This document shows, piece by piece, positions 1 through 9,509 of a DNA stretch of 64,000 nt (the stretch's first letter is position 1; the number at the start of each line of letters is the position of its first letter). The position numbers and the translations under genes were made by a program. Origin of the DNA: a virus. The stretch lies in the IMG/VR virus record IMGVR_UViG_3300037311_000293; one strand, written 5' to 3'. The notes below the pieces were generated by a model, which made no database searches, was not told the origin of the DNA, and saw only the letters and a list, made by a program, of their open reading frames with translations.

Positions 1-185
1 AGTACGACGCTTGGGCGCGGGACGGTCGCGTAGGGAACCGCCTGCCGCAAGAAGAGCAGTGCTTCCAAGCCGTCGGATACTGTGTGAATCCGATGCGGCA
101 TTCTCATGCGTGCCAGCACCCGGTGCATCGCTCGGACGTCCGGTAGATGGTCTTCGACGAGAAGTATCTGCGGTCTGTTCGGCAT
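1..185 (-). CDS. Rcp1-like response regulator receiver domain (partial, runs off window start)
   Basis: Manual translation from ATG at 185: MPNRPQILLVEDHLPDVRAMHRVLARMRMPHRIHTVSDGLEALLFLRQAVPYATVPRPSVV. It shows the ILLVED acidic pocket and the DGLEAL.FL....Y...PRP pattern of Rcp1-type receivers. The phospho-Asp lies beyond the window. Not in the ORF track. Confidence 0.85.
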   Translation of the reverse strand, partial: MPNRPQILLVEDHLPDVRAMHRVLARMRMPHRIHTVSDGLEALLFLRQAVPYATVPRPSVV

Positions 186-1254
186 GACGTCGTGCCACCA
201 CGAAGCGGACTGTAGCACCACCCCCAGGTGTGGACTCAATCCAAATCCGACCACGATGAATCTGAATGATCTTGTTGCAGATAGCGAGGCCGATACCAGT
301 CCCGGGCTTCGAAGTGTCGAGCCGCTTGAAGACACCGAAGACCTGTTGGGTATAGACGGGGTCGATACCGATGCCGTGATCGACGACGGAGAACAACCAG
401 CCCTCTTCTGTCTCTTCCCCGGTGAGGTGAACTACGGGAGCCACTCCGGGACGGGCGAACTTCACGGCGTTCGACAACAGATTGCTAAGGAGCAACCGCA
501 TCAAGCTCTCATCGGCCCATGTGATGGGCAACGGGTCCCTAGTGATCTTTGCTCCGGTCTCGCGTACACGAAACTCGTTGTCCAGCACGGCGTTATCGGC
601 GGTGGTATTCATGTCCACCCACTTCATGTCGACAGCACGCCCGACGCGACTGAGCTTCAGCAAATCACTGACGAGCTCACGACCACGCGCGGCGGCGTCA
701 ACGATGTAGCCGAGCTGCTCAAGGCCTTCCGGAGGCAAGAGGTTACCGAAGTCTTCCTTGATGAAGGCGGCCCAGTTGGCGATGGTACGAAGAGGCTCCT
801 GGAGATCATGTGACGCGGCGTATGCCAACGTCTCTGCCTCTTCCTTGGCACGCTTGTAATCATCGGCGGTGTGGGTGAGATCGATGACGTACTTTCCGAT
901 CTGGTTTTCGATGACCTTCTCGCTCGTGATGTCCTTGGCGCAGCAGTGGATGCTTCCGTCGGCATCTACATCAGGATGACATCGCCAACGCATCCAGACG
1001 ATCTTACCTGCCTTGGTGATGAAGCGGTTCTCGAAGACACCGGTACAGGAGGCACTGGCACAGGCGTCGAAAGACGCCACTACCTCATCCCGATCTGCCA
1101 TGTGCGACAGCTCAACAAGATCCCTAGAAGCCAACTCGCCCCTGGTGTAGCCGAGAAGATCACAGAATGCGTCGTTGGCTTCGACCACGACCCCTCGACG
1201 CAAAACACACATCGCATCGAAGGCGGCCTCGAAGAAACGCTTGTAGTACGGCAT
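1..1254 (-). CDS. PAS-domain sensor histidine kinase (no stop codon inside window)
   Basis: Manual translation from ATG at 1254. N-terminal PAS (EANDAFCDLLGYTRGEL...RFITKAGKIVWMRW...KDIT), H-box ASHDLQEPLR, N-box LLSNLLSNAVKF, G1 VVDHGIGID, F-box VFGVFKRL, G2 PGTGIGLAIC, then IWIESTPGGGATVRF. Missed by the ORF track because no stop occurs before base 1. Confidence 0.93.
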   Translation of the reverse strand, partial: MPYYKRFFEAAFDAMCVLRRGVVVEANDAFCDLLGYTRGELASRDLVELSHMADRDEVVASFDACASASCTGVFENRFITKAGKIVWMRWRCHPDVDADGSIHCCAKDITSEKVIENQIGKYVIDLTHTADDYKRAKEEAETLAYAASHDLQEPLRTIANWAAFIKEDFGNLLPPEGLEQLGYIVDAAARGRELVSDLLKLSRVGRAVDMKWVDMNTTADNAVLDNEFRVRETGAKITRDPLPITWADESLMRLLLSNLLSNAVKFARPGVAPVVHLTGEETEEGWLFSVVDHGIGIDPVYTQQVFGVFKRLDTSKPGTGIGLAICNKIIQIHRGRIWIESTPGGGATVRFVVARRHAEQTADTSRRRPSTGRPSDAPGAGTHENAASDSHSIRRLGSTALLAAGGSLRDRPAPKRRT

Positions 1255-1258
1255 GTGA

Positions 1259-2509
1259 TCACAAGTACGTTGGGAAGTCCATATTCCAGAGATCCCAGAC
1301 CTCTGTCCGGAGTGTCGCGTTGTGGGCAACGGGATACAGCGCCAGCCTTGAGATCGACGCATCTGCGAAGCTACTGAGCGACGTGAGGGCCGCCAACATC
1401 GCACTGCCGCCGACAGCCCGTGGGGTGTATGCCTGATCACTACCGATCTGGGTGCGTCCACGGAAGAGCCGACAGAGGTTGGCGCTCCCGTCGAGTACCC
1501 ACGTCAGTACCTGAGCATCAGCGAGCGACGCCCCAAACGTTCGCCAAGCCCCATCGAAAAGTGAAACATTGTCACCCTCCGCGATCGAGCTCAGCATGAA
1601 CCGCAGAGGCCCGGTCTCGACGTCGAGGATACAGGCATCACCTGTACCAGCGTTGTCGTAAAGGGCCACGTAGAGCGTCCAGTTCGTAGAGGCATTGACG
1701 AGCCCGGAGATCGCCATGCGCTGTTCGCTTGAAGCGAGGAAGTCAACCGTAGGGTACCCGTCGATGCCGCCGACAGCTAAGTAGAGTGGCTTGTTGAACG
1801 CTGCGGACTCTTCGGCATCAGTTCCTGCGGTTCCCTGGTCTTCCCAGATCTCCACATAGTCCAGATTCTCCACGGGATCACCAGGAGCCTCAAGGACTCC
1901 AATCGCAGCGTCAAATAGGATCAATGGGTCACCGAGGACATCATCCGAGGTCACTGCGATTCCGTTCGTCACGACCTCAGTAGCGCTGACAGCTTGCCCG
2001 AATGTGACACCACGAATCGCGCATGTGATCGTCGTTCCGGCGTCGGCGATCTGTGCCTGGTATGCCTGGTTCGTGGCACCTGCGATGTCGACACCATTTC
2101 TGCGCCACTGGTACCTGTACTCCTCGATCGGCAACTCTTGGCCCGCGCTATTGGTCGCCAGTACCCAGCCACCTTCGGCTGCGGTGAACGTGGTCCCGAC
2201 AACTGCGGGTTCGGCGTCACCCACAATGGAAGGCTCAATGATCCCGGGTGTTGGTGCTCCAGGTAGTTCGGTAGCAAACGTACCGGCGACACGAGAAGCC
2301 AGCGCCAACGCATCTGATCGACGGACAACTTGGACATCACCAAGAAGAGTAGCTGCACCCGAAATGGGATCCGGCAACGCCGGCATGCTTACGCGCGTAG
2401 AATCCGGATCATCCGTGACCCAGACAACGTAGCCGTAATCGACCGGGAACGGCGCATCTCCAATGAGCGTGGAGTACGAGATGTAGAGCTGTCGGTTGAG
2501 TACCGGCAT
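1259..2509 (-). CDS. virion/tail-associated protein with Ig-like and LamG/concanavalin-like regions
   Basis: YQWRRNGVDIAGATNQAY...DAGTTITC is an Ig-like signature; C-terminal W.DQG....A and RLALYP.AH....RTEV pattern resembles LamG-like domains; in an operon with tail-fibre-like genes. Confidence 0.6.
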   Translation of the reverse strand: MPVLNRQLYISYSTLIGDAPFPVDYGYVVWVTDDPDSTRVSMPALPDPISGAATLLGDVQVVRRSDALALASRVAGTFATELPGAPTPGIIEPSIVGDAEPAVVGTTFTAAEGGWVLATNSAGQELPIEEYRYQWRRNGVDIAGATNQAYQAQIADAGTTITCAIRGVTFGQAVSATEVVTNGIAVTSDDVLGDPLILFDAAIGVLEAPGDPVENLDYVEIWEDQGTAGTDAEESAAFNKPLYLAVGGIDGYPTVDFLASSEQRMAISGLVNASTNWTLYVALYDNAGTGDACILDVETGPLRFMLSSIAEGDNVSLFDGAWRTFGASLADAQVLTWVLDGSANLCRLFRGRTQIGSDQAYTPRAVGGSAMLAALTSLSSFADASISRLALYPVAHNATLRTEVWDLWNMDFPTYL

Positions 2510-2510
2510 C

Positions 2511-3704
2511 TCAGATCACCGAGTAGTTGGAGGTGTCGACACCGAACGTGCCGGGACCGTCGTACTGCGCTCCTGTGGGATCAGCACCGTTTGTCGTGAC
2601 CCATACATGCCAGCCGCCGGCGACGGTATCCCAAACACGGTTGCGCGTCTCTGAGCTCGGGGCTGGTGGTCCGTTGTCGGGAAGCGCGAGCTCGACACGG
2701 GCTTCTGCGACAGGCTCATCTGCAATGGGCCATCCACCTGTCCATGCAACAGGCCATCCTGCGGTGCCGTAGAACGCGTGGGCTCCGTAGTCCGTACCGG
2801 TGCCCGTAGTGACACCGTGGGGCCACGGAAAGAAGTAGTTGCCCCACCGGATGAAGCTACGTCCTTCGGTGGCGTTGTTGATTGTGTCGTTCGCCGCAGG
2901 CGTAGCCGTCGGGAAATAGGCGAAGGAGGTGCCAAGGCCTTTTCGGATTTCACGACCGCCAGTGTTCTCGCCGATGAACGCGGGCTGGATGTCGTACTGC
3001 CCGGAATACGGATTGGTCTGCACGCCCGTTGTGTACGGCGCGCCGTTTGTGATCTGAAACGCAATGGCTTCGATCTGTCCCGAAAGACCCAGCAGACCCG
3101 ATGCCGAGCTGGTCGCACGAAGGCAAATCCAAGGCTCGTAGTCCACGTTCCCGTTGTCGCCGTTTGCGACTGTACTCAGCGCAAACAGCCCTACTGCTGT
3201 CTGAACAGTGGTTCCGGCGATCAACTGGATGACGAAGTAGAACTCATAGACATCGCCGGTCTGGCCGCGCCCGACTTGAGCAGCGGCGACGTGGTACTCG
3301 TAGGATGCGAAGCTCGAAGGGATGAATGCCGTGTCATACGCACCCGACGTACCTACAAGCTGCACGCGCGTCAGAGATCCAGTAGGCGCTGTGGTGGCCG
3401 TTCCTCCTGAGAAGATGTCGCCGTACTGACCGAGATACCAACGCCACGACCGATTGGTCGTACCGCGCTGCATCGTGAAGTCACGGTTACCTGCGGGATC
3501 GCGCCAATGCTCCCAGGAGTCAGCGTTGCTCCATCGCGTAGCGTCGTTGCGTGTGGACGCCGACGTCGAAGACCCGTTGCTGGACCGGACAATCACCCAT
3601 CCCGCGGCCGCAAGACGATCACCGAACGCGATGATCGGGGCGATCTCCGAAGCCAGGGCCTCGTTGACGTCAAACCGCCAGTTGTCTGAGAGATGTAGCG
3701 TCAT
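2511..3704 (-). CDS. putative tail/virion protein (paralog of 3704-4624)
   Basis: 397-aa Gly/Thr/Trp-rich ORF in the structural operon; shares an N-terminal motif and GG.E.RKG with the neighbouring gene. Confidence 0.5.
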   Translation of the reverse strand: MTLHLSDNWRFDVNEALASEIAPIIAFGDRLAAAGWVIVRSSNGSSTSASTRNDATRWSNADSWEHWRDPAGNRDFTMQRGTTNRSWRWYLGQYGDIFSGGTATTAPTGSLTRVQLVGTSGAYDTAFIPSSFASYEYHVAAAQVGRGQTGDVYEFYFVIQLIAGTTVQTAVGLFALSTVANGDNGNVDYEPWICLRATSSASGLLGLSGQIEAIAFQITNGAPYTTGVQTNPYSGQYDIQPAFIGENTGGREIRKGLGTSFAYFPTATPAANDTINNATEGRSFIRWGNYFFPWPHGVTTGTGTDYGAHAFYGTAGWPVAWTGGWPIADEPVAEARVELALPDNGPPAPSSETRNRVWDTVAGGWHVWVTTNGADPTGAQYDGPGTFGVDTSNYSVI

Positions 3705-4624
3705 CAGAACCCGAAGCTCACGTTATGGGGCCACGGAATCGTCCAGACTCCAAGGTTGAGGCGACACTCCCCCCCGGTCATCGGAGACAGCACCGCGAGG
3801 TTCCCTCGGATCGCGGAGTCTCCGGTTACGTTGTCAAAGATGCCCTTGCGCTGCTCACGCCCGCCAGTCGTTTCGCCAACGAACAGCGGAGGCAGGTCAT
3901 CGAACAGCGTCAGGGGGTTCCGGCCGGTCCAGGTGCTGGGCTCAGAAGCCTGTAGTGTGGTCGTCTGTAGTTCCCCGGAGAGCCCAGCCTTGTACCAGCC
4001 ACGAAGGCCGCTCAGGGAGTTCTGCGACGATGCTGAAGCCCAGGGCTCGTTGTCGGGGTCGCCGACAACACCGTCTGCGGTGCTGGTGAGCGAATCCACG
4101 AACATGAAACCTTGCGGAGCTGAAGCTGAGTTCGTGGGTTGGATCAGAATCCAGAACGGATAGACATCACCGCTGACACCGCTGGCAACACCTGCGGCGC
4201 CGAAGTGGAACCTGAAGTTCGAGATCGTGGAGGTACCGAAGAAGTTGGACGCCGCCGCGCCTCCAGTACCGACAAGCTGTATGCGGCCCGCAGAGCTCGG
4301 AAGCACGGTGGCGCTGCCACCGGTCATCGGCTCTCCGGCCTTGCCCTGGTAGAACAACAAGTTCTGGGCCGACGACGGTCGCTGGAACGCGATGTCGCGA
4401 CCGGATGCGCCACCGGGATCACGGAGATGGACCCATGCGTTGCTGTTGTTCCACTGCGAAGCCGTGGGCACCACCGATGCCGTCACCGCGCTGCCATCGC
4501 TCGACTGTACCGCGGTCCATCCGGCGGCAAGGAAGACGTTGACCCAGGCGGCGTAGGCGTCGCCATGTGTGGCGTAGCCTTCGTTGACGTTGTAGTGCCA
4601 GTTGTTCGAAATGTGGATCGTCAC
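3704..4624 (-). CDS. putative tail/virion protein (paralog of 2511-3704)
   Basis: 306 aa; MTIHISNNWHYNVNE vs MTLHLSDNWRFDVNE in the neighbour; overlapping stop/start junctions. Confidence 0.5.
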   Translation of the reverse strand: MTIHISNNWHYNVNEGYATHGDAYAAWVNVFLAAGWTAVQSSDGSAVTASVVPTASQWNNSNAWVHLRDPGGASGRDIAFQRPSSAQNLLFYQGKAGEPMTGGSATVLPSSAGRIQLVGTGGAAASNFFGTSTISNFRFHFGAAGVASGVSGDVYPFWILIQPTNSASAPQGFMFVDSLTSTADGVVGDPDNEPWASASSQNSLSGLRGWYKAGLSGELQTTTLQASEPSTWTGRNPLTLFDDLPPLFVGETTGGREQRKGIFDNVTGDSAIRGNLAVLSPMTGGECRLNLGVWTIPWPHNVSFGF

Positions 4625-5868
4625 AGCGAGCCTCCAACGCGGATCCCGGCGTACAGGACATGAAGAAGATCACCGGGGCTACCGGATTCCAAGATGATGC
4701 GAACCTCGTACATCGAGACGTTGTCGAGAATCTCGTTGAGGTCCACTCCAGGAGTCGCAGACAGCGTCAGCGGCTGAATCGGGTTCACCGGAACCCCGTC
4801 ATCTGCGGCATCGATGTAGAGACGGCATCGCCGTACCGGGACGATCGGACTGCCCGGGGGACCGAGATCGTAGAGATCGATATACCCACTGGCGGTCGAC
4901 GAGAACATCGTGGCGAGTGTGCGGAACTCGTAGGTCAACGTGGCGTAGTCGTATTCATCGGGATCGAAAACGAATCCACCAAGCACGAAGGCTACATCCG
5001 GGGTATCGGCTGTGACATTCGTACCCGCGGCGAGCTCGTGTACGGCAGCGATGGGGTAGCCGGTCGGACTCTGGTTTTCGTAGCGGTTGTTGGCCGCCAC
5101 CCAAGTGAGTACCTGACCGTCGGTCGGCGCTGCGCTGTGGACGTCCCAGCCACGAATCCGAACCACCGAGCTCGCCGCAACGGTACCGGTGACGTCTCCG
5201 GCAATAGCAAGCGTTGCCGGGGCGTAGCGGTTGTTGACAGCATCCCAGGACAACACCTGATTCGCCGTAGGCGCCGTGGTGTGGACGGCGTAACCCCTGA
5301 TGCGCTCGACTACCGTCGTGCCCGAAGGCCCGGTGACGTCTCCGGCGAGCGTGACTGACGCAGATCCCGCGATGGACTCCACGGCCCCGACGAGCTCATA
5401 GACCCACTCGGCCCATGCGCGCCAGTTTTGCTCCGCAGAACCAAGACCCGCGCGATCGGCGTACAACGCGTTGTCTTCGGACTCGTCGGGATCGTTGCTG
5501 GCAAGAGTCGCCGTAGCCGGTGCTGTTTCCCCGAAGGTCGGAATCCGAAGACCCGTCAGAGGTGCACGCACACTGAACGGTCTTGTAGTCGTGGTGATCG
5601 TACCGTTGTCGTCAACGGTCAAGCGGACTCGGAAAGAACACGGCTCTGTGATCTGCCCACTGGGCCCCACGGTGACCACTGCGCCTGTAGATCCCGACAA
5701 TGCAGCCGTAGAGCCGACCTTGTCCAAGATCTCCCAGGTATACGTTACGCCCGGCCCCGTCGGCGCCGTGGCGGTCAACGTGATGATTTCCCCGGGTACG
5801 AGGTCATGCCTGGCTCGGCCGGCGACGCCGACTCCAGGGGTAGCTTGGTCGATCCGGAACTCAGCCAT
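4621..5868 (-). CDS. putative tail fibre protein
   Basis: Two internal repeats LAGDVTG....V.RIRG..VH..APT..QVL.W...NNRY, typical of tail-fibre shafts; beta-sandwich/PKD-like N-terminus (VTYTWEI, FRVRLTVDD). Confidence 0.6.
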   Translation of the reverse strand: MAEFRIDQATPGVGVAGRARHDLVPGEIITLTATAPTGPGVTYTWEILDKVGSTAALSGSTGAVVTVGPSGQITEPCSFRVRLTVDDNGTITTTTRPFSVRAPLTGLRIPTFGETAPATATLASNDPDESEDNALYADRAGLGSAEQNWRAWAEWVYELVGAVESIAGSASVTLAGDVTGPSGTTVVERIRGYAVHTTAPTANQVLSWDAVNNRYAPATLAIAGDVTGTVAASSVVRIRGWDVHSAAPTDGQVLTWVAANNRYENQSPTGYPIAAVHELAAGTNVTADTPDVAFVLGGFVFDPDEYDYATLTYEFRTLATMFSSTASGYIDLYDLGPPGSPIVPVRRCRLYIDAADDGVPVNPIQPLTLSATPGVDLNEILDNVSMYEVRIILESGSPGDLLHVLYAGIRVGGSL

Positions 5869-5874
5869 GTCGCG

Positions 5875-5880
5875 AGGATA
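5875..5880 (-). promoter_or_regulatory. -10-like hexamer TATCCT 6 nt before SD-less ATG at 5868 (candidate leaderless promoter)
   Basis: Coding strand reads gatgcTATCCTcgcgacATG, with an extended -10 TG and no SD. Confidence 0.45.
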
Positions 5881-5906
5881 GCATCGTCGACTCGCTTCCA
5901 GAAACT

Positions 5907-5914
5907 CCTATCAG
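5907..5914 (+). promoter_or_regulatory. recurrent motif CCTATCAG (putative phage promoter)
   Basis: Followed by GGAGG and ATG at 5930; one of more than 12 intergenic copies. Confidence 0.55.
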
Positions 5915-6107
5915 GACGTGGAGGAATACATGGACACAGTTCTAACGAAGCGACTCACAGCGCACTACCCGCACCCATGCGGTCCCGGCTGCCCGTGTGG
6001 ACGGCCATGGGAACGGCCGCAACGCGCTTCGTCAAGTACGACAAGCGAGGGAGCGTGACCGATCCTTATCGCGACTCAGATCACAACCGCTACTGCAAGG
6101 ACAACGA

Positions 6108-6320
6108 ATGAGTAATGAATCGTCCTCCGAACTGACACATGGAGTACGTCTAGATCTCGCTCTTGAGATCATCGCAGTTCGAGGCCCCGCAGACCATCCC
6201 GGCCCCGAGGGCTGGTACGCCGTGGAAGACGCCGGCCTCGGTATCGTCGCCTACTTTCTCAAAGAGACCGACGCGCTTCGCTATCGACTCGATCTCGCAA
6301 ACCGAATGGTGAATCCGTGA
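6108..6320 (+). CDS. hypothetical protein
   Basis: Starts MSNESSSEL; overlapping stop/start junctions in a plus-strand operon. Confidence 0.45.
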   Translation: MSNESSSELTHGVRLDLALEIIAVRGPADHPGPEGWYAVEDAGLGIVAYFLKETDALRYRLDLANRMVNP

Positions 6321-6556
6321 GCAACGAGGATGTCTTCAAGTCGATCCTAGTCGTGTTCCTCGTAGAAGCGATTGGACTGATCGCCTACGTACTCTTACGG
6401 CCCAACGACAAACCGCTCGATACCCAGACCGATGCTGTCTTCTGTCTCGAGCAGTGCCACGCCATCGGATGTGGTGCGTGGATCAACGCCCGCTACCCCA
6501 ACAGCAACGAGACAGGCTGTATCTGCGCCTGCGAAGGACCAGGAGATCCGGAATGA
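6317..6556 (+). CDS. small membrane protein with Cys-rich C-terminus
   Basis: N-terminal hydrophobic helix followed by C..C...C and C.C.C motifs. Confidence 0.5.
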   Translation: MSNEDVFKSILVVFLVEAIGLIAYVLLRPNDKPLDTQTDAVFCLEQCHAIGCGAWINARYPNSNETGCICACEGPGDPE

Positions 6557-6988
6557 ACTACTCCGACGAGATGGATCGGATCATGTCTATCGTGCTCTAC
6601 AGAGAAGACGAGGTGAAAGACTTGAAAGACGAAGAGGTGCCCCAGGGCTGCGTTTTCGTCCGCGGCCTCGCCCACAACTTCGGGTTCCATCCCGGGCGTC
6701 TACTCGACTCGGCGGAAGACGTCAGGAAGATCTTGGGTGCCGTGGTCACCGACGAGTTCATGGGGGGCCGAGGGTGGCTGGAGCTTCCTGAATCTCGTCG
6801 TCGGACGCAACGGCGAAATCTGGGGCAACCAGGTCGACGCCGAAGGTCTGATGTGCCTGGCGCTGGGTCTCGGGTGGGCCGAGATCCTGGTACCGCGCTC
6901 GATGTGGCAGATGATGCCCGGCGGCGTGCCTTACGTGCGCTTCAACTTCACCGGTGAGCCAAAGCTCACATCCGCCGAACAAGACTGA
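6553..6988 (+). pseudogene. hypothetical phage protein split by a frameshift in a G6 run (6762-6767)
   Basis: Frame 1 (MNYSDEMDRI...VVTDEFM) joins frame 2 (GAEGGWSFLNL...PGGVPY) if one G is removed; could be an assembly error. Confidence 0.55.
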
Positions 6989-7017
6989 TCACAGACTCAA
7001 GCAGAGATAGAACAGCA

Positions 7018-9072
7018 ATGAGCAACTTCAACGCATTCGCCCTCGCAGTCCACAACTCGTTCCAGAACATCGTCAAGTCCGGAGCCGCCCGCGCCGTTGT
7101 CGTCGACATCGAACCCGACGATCTCTGGCACAAGTACCTGGCCGCGTTCCCGGAAGGATCGAATCCGGTCTTCCGCGTCCGCACCGAGCACGACTGCGCG
7201 TGCTGCAAGCAGTTCATTCGACGAGCCGGCGTCGTGGTCGGTCTCCTCGGCGATAGCGTCCTGACGGTCTGGGACGAAGCCGCAAAGCAGGACGGTACCT
7301 ACGGCATCGTGGCGCGGGCTCTTCAGGCCGCCGTCAAGGACGCCTCCATCAAGGACACCTTCGTCGTCTCTCGCAACGAGACAGGCTTCGGAGCCAAGCA
7401 GTCGCGATCGCTTGACAAGGCCACTCAACGCGCCGTGACCTGGAATCATCTGTACACCGGGGAGATCCCCGTAGCGCTGCGCAGCGCTTCACCCGGCGAG
7501 CAGCGCGGCGACGCCCGGACTGCGGTTCAGGTCTTCACGCGTGGTCTCCTTGAGCTCAGCGAAGATGCTGTCTCCACCGTTCTCGGACTCATCGACAACA
7601 ACGCGTTGTACCGTGGTCAGGAGCATCGCCGTGCCGTCGTCGAGTTCCAGAAGATGCAGAAGGCATTCCTCGGGCTTGGCAGCCACCGGGATCGTCACTT
7701 CTTCGTCTGGAAGAACTACACCCATCCGGTCTCTCGTTTCCGCAACACCGTGATCGGAACATTGGTCCAGGATCTCTCCGAGGGCCAAGAGCTCGAACGA
7801 GCAGTCAGCAGCTTCGAAACCAAGGTGGCGCCGCAGAACTACAAGCGCACCACCGCGCTCATCACCCCCATGATGGCAAAGAAGGCGCTTGAGACCATCG
7901 AGACCCTCGGCCTTGAGCCCGCGCTTGAGCGACGTCTCGCCGTTCTCAGCGACGTCTCCGTCAACGACGTCCTGTGGGTCAGCAACGCCGCCAAGCCGCT
8001 CATGAAGGACGGTGTGGCCGGAATGCTGTCGTCGCTGGCCAAGACGGAATCGAAGACCAAGATCGCCGCTGAAGACATCAGCCTCGACGACTTCATGTCC
8101 CGCGTGCTGCCGGAAGTCACGGAGCTCGAGCTGTTCTTCAGCGGTGCCCACCTCGGCAACCTGATGGCGCTGACGGCCCCGGTTCATCCGGAACCCAAGC
8201 AGCTCTTCCGCTGGGACAACGACTTCGCTTGGTCCTACGCCGGCAACATCACGGACTCCATCGCTGAGCGCGTCCGCAAGGCCGGCGGCAAGGTCGATGG
8301 TGCCGTGATGCGGGTGTCGCTGTCGTGGTTCAACTACGACGATCTCGACCTCCACATCCACGAGCCCGAGCGCGGAGCACGAAGCGTCAACAGCCACATC
8401 TTCTACGGCAGCAAGATCGGGTGGACCGGAGGGCGGCTCGACGTCGACATGAACGTGGGACCGAACGGCAGTCGGCAAGCAGTCGAGAACGTCGTGTGGT
8501 CCTCGAAGCCGGCGGACGGCGACTACAAGGTCGTGGTCCACAACTTCACACACCGCGAGACTTCAGATCCTGGCTTCGTCATCGAGGTCGAGAACGCCGG
8601 CAAGCTCTTGCACTTCTCGTACAACAAGCAAGTCCGACAGAGCCAGTTCATCGAGGTCGCCGTCTTGACCGTGAAGGACGGCGTGATCACTGGTGTGAAG
8701 CCCGGAAACGGAATCACGGCCAGCAACATCTCCCAGGAGCGCTGGGGTCTCACCACAGAGCGCTACATCCCGGTCACCACGGTGATGCTGAGCCCCAACT
8801 ACTGGGGCACCAACGCAGTCGGCAACAAGCACGTGTTCTTCGTTCTCGAAGGCGCCCGCGCCGACGAGGAGTTGCGCGGCATCTACAACGAGTTCCTTCA
8901 CCCCCGCCTCGAGGCACACCGCAAGGTGTTCGAGGTCATCGGAGATCGCACCAAGTGCAAGACCAGCCCGGACCACATGGCCGGGCTGGGCTTCTCCAGC
9001 ACCAAGCACACCACCTTCTCGGTGCGTGCTCAGCAAGGCTCGCGCAAGCGCGTCTTCAACATCCATGTCTGA
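7018..9072 (+). CDS. large phage protein containing a YfaP/DUF2135-like region
   Basis: 684 aa with strong C/G3 codon bias; HDCACCK Cys motif; RVSLSWFNYDDLDLHIHEP...GGRLDVDMN...AVENVVW matches the DUF2135/YfaP pattern. Confidence 0.55.
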   Translation: MSNFNAFALAVHNSFQNIVKSGAARAVVVDIEPDDLWHKYLAAFPEGSNPVFRVRTEHDCACCKQFIRRAGVVVGLLGDSVLTVWDEAAKQDGTYGIVARALQAAVKDASIKDTFVVSRNETGFGAKQSRSLDKATQRAVTWNHLYTGEIPVALRSASPGEQRGDARTAVQVFTRGLLELSEDAVSTVLGLIDNNALYRGQEHRRAVVEFQKMQKAFLGLGSHRDRHFFVWKNYTHPVSRFRNTVIGTLVQDLSEGQELERAVSSFETKVAPQNYKRTTALITPMMAKKALETIETLGLEPALERRLAVLSDVSVNDVLWVSNAAKPLMKDGVAGMLSSLAKTESKTKIAAEDISLDDFMSRVLPEVTELELFFSGAHLGNLMALTAPVHPEPKQLFRWDNDFAWSYAGNITDSIAERVRKAGGKVDGAVMRVSLSWFNYDDLDLHIHEPERGARSVNSHIFYGSKIGWTGGRLDVDMNVGPNGSRQAVENVVWSSKPADGDYKVVVHNFTHRETSDPGFVIEVENAGKLLHFSYNKQVRQSQFIEVAVLTVKDGVITGVKPGNGITASNISQERWGLTTERYIPVTTVMLSPNYWGTNAVGNKHVFFVLEGARADEELRGIYNEFLHPRLEAHRKVFEVIGDRTKCKTSPDHMAGLGFSSTKHTTFSVRAQQGSRKRVFNIHV

Positions 9073-9084
9073 ACAGGAGAGAAC

Positions 9085-9495
9085 ATGAGCGACGACAGCA
9101 TCTTCCAGTACGCAACGCGCAACAAGCTCCGCTTCCCTTCCGGCCGCGGAGAGCTCACGGTCGAGCAGCTCTGGGACGTGCCGCTGCGTTCCAGCAACGA
9201 CTTCAACCTCGACGTGATCGCCAAGACCATCAACAAGGCCCTCAAGGAGGCCTCCGAGGAGAGCTTCGTCAACAGCACGCGCTCGCCGGCACAGACGCGT
9301 CTTGAGATCATGCTTCAGATCGCGAAGCACGTGATCATCACCAAGCTGGAAGAGGAGCGCCTGGCCGAGAAGCGCGCCGCGAACAAGAAGGAGCGTGAGA
9401 AGCTGCTCGAGATCTTGGCCGAGAAGCAGGAGGGCAAGCTCTCCAAGCTCAGCGAGACCGAGCTGCGCCGCCGCATCGAAGCGCTCGAGGTCTGA
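9085..9495 (+). CDS. coiled-coil phage protein partnering the 684-aa gene
   Basis: SD AGGAG; IFQYATRNKLRFPS.RG.LTVEQLWDVPL N-terminus; charged helical C-terminus. Confidence 0.6.
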   Translation: MSDDSIFQYATRNKLRFPSGRGELTVEQLWDVPLRSSNDFNLDVIAKTINKALKEASEESFVNSTRSPAQTRLEIMLQIAKHVIITKLEEERLAEKRAANKKEREKLLEILAEKQEGKLSKLSETELRRRIEALEV

Positions 9496-9509
9496 GGACA
9501 GAACGCAAG

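Noticed and set aside
106-1436. Plus-strand ORFs of 168-235 aa at the window start
   Set aside because: They are antisense shadows of the minus-strand kinase, which has all canonical motifs.
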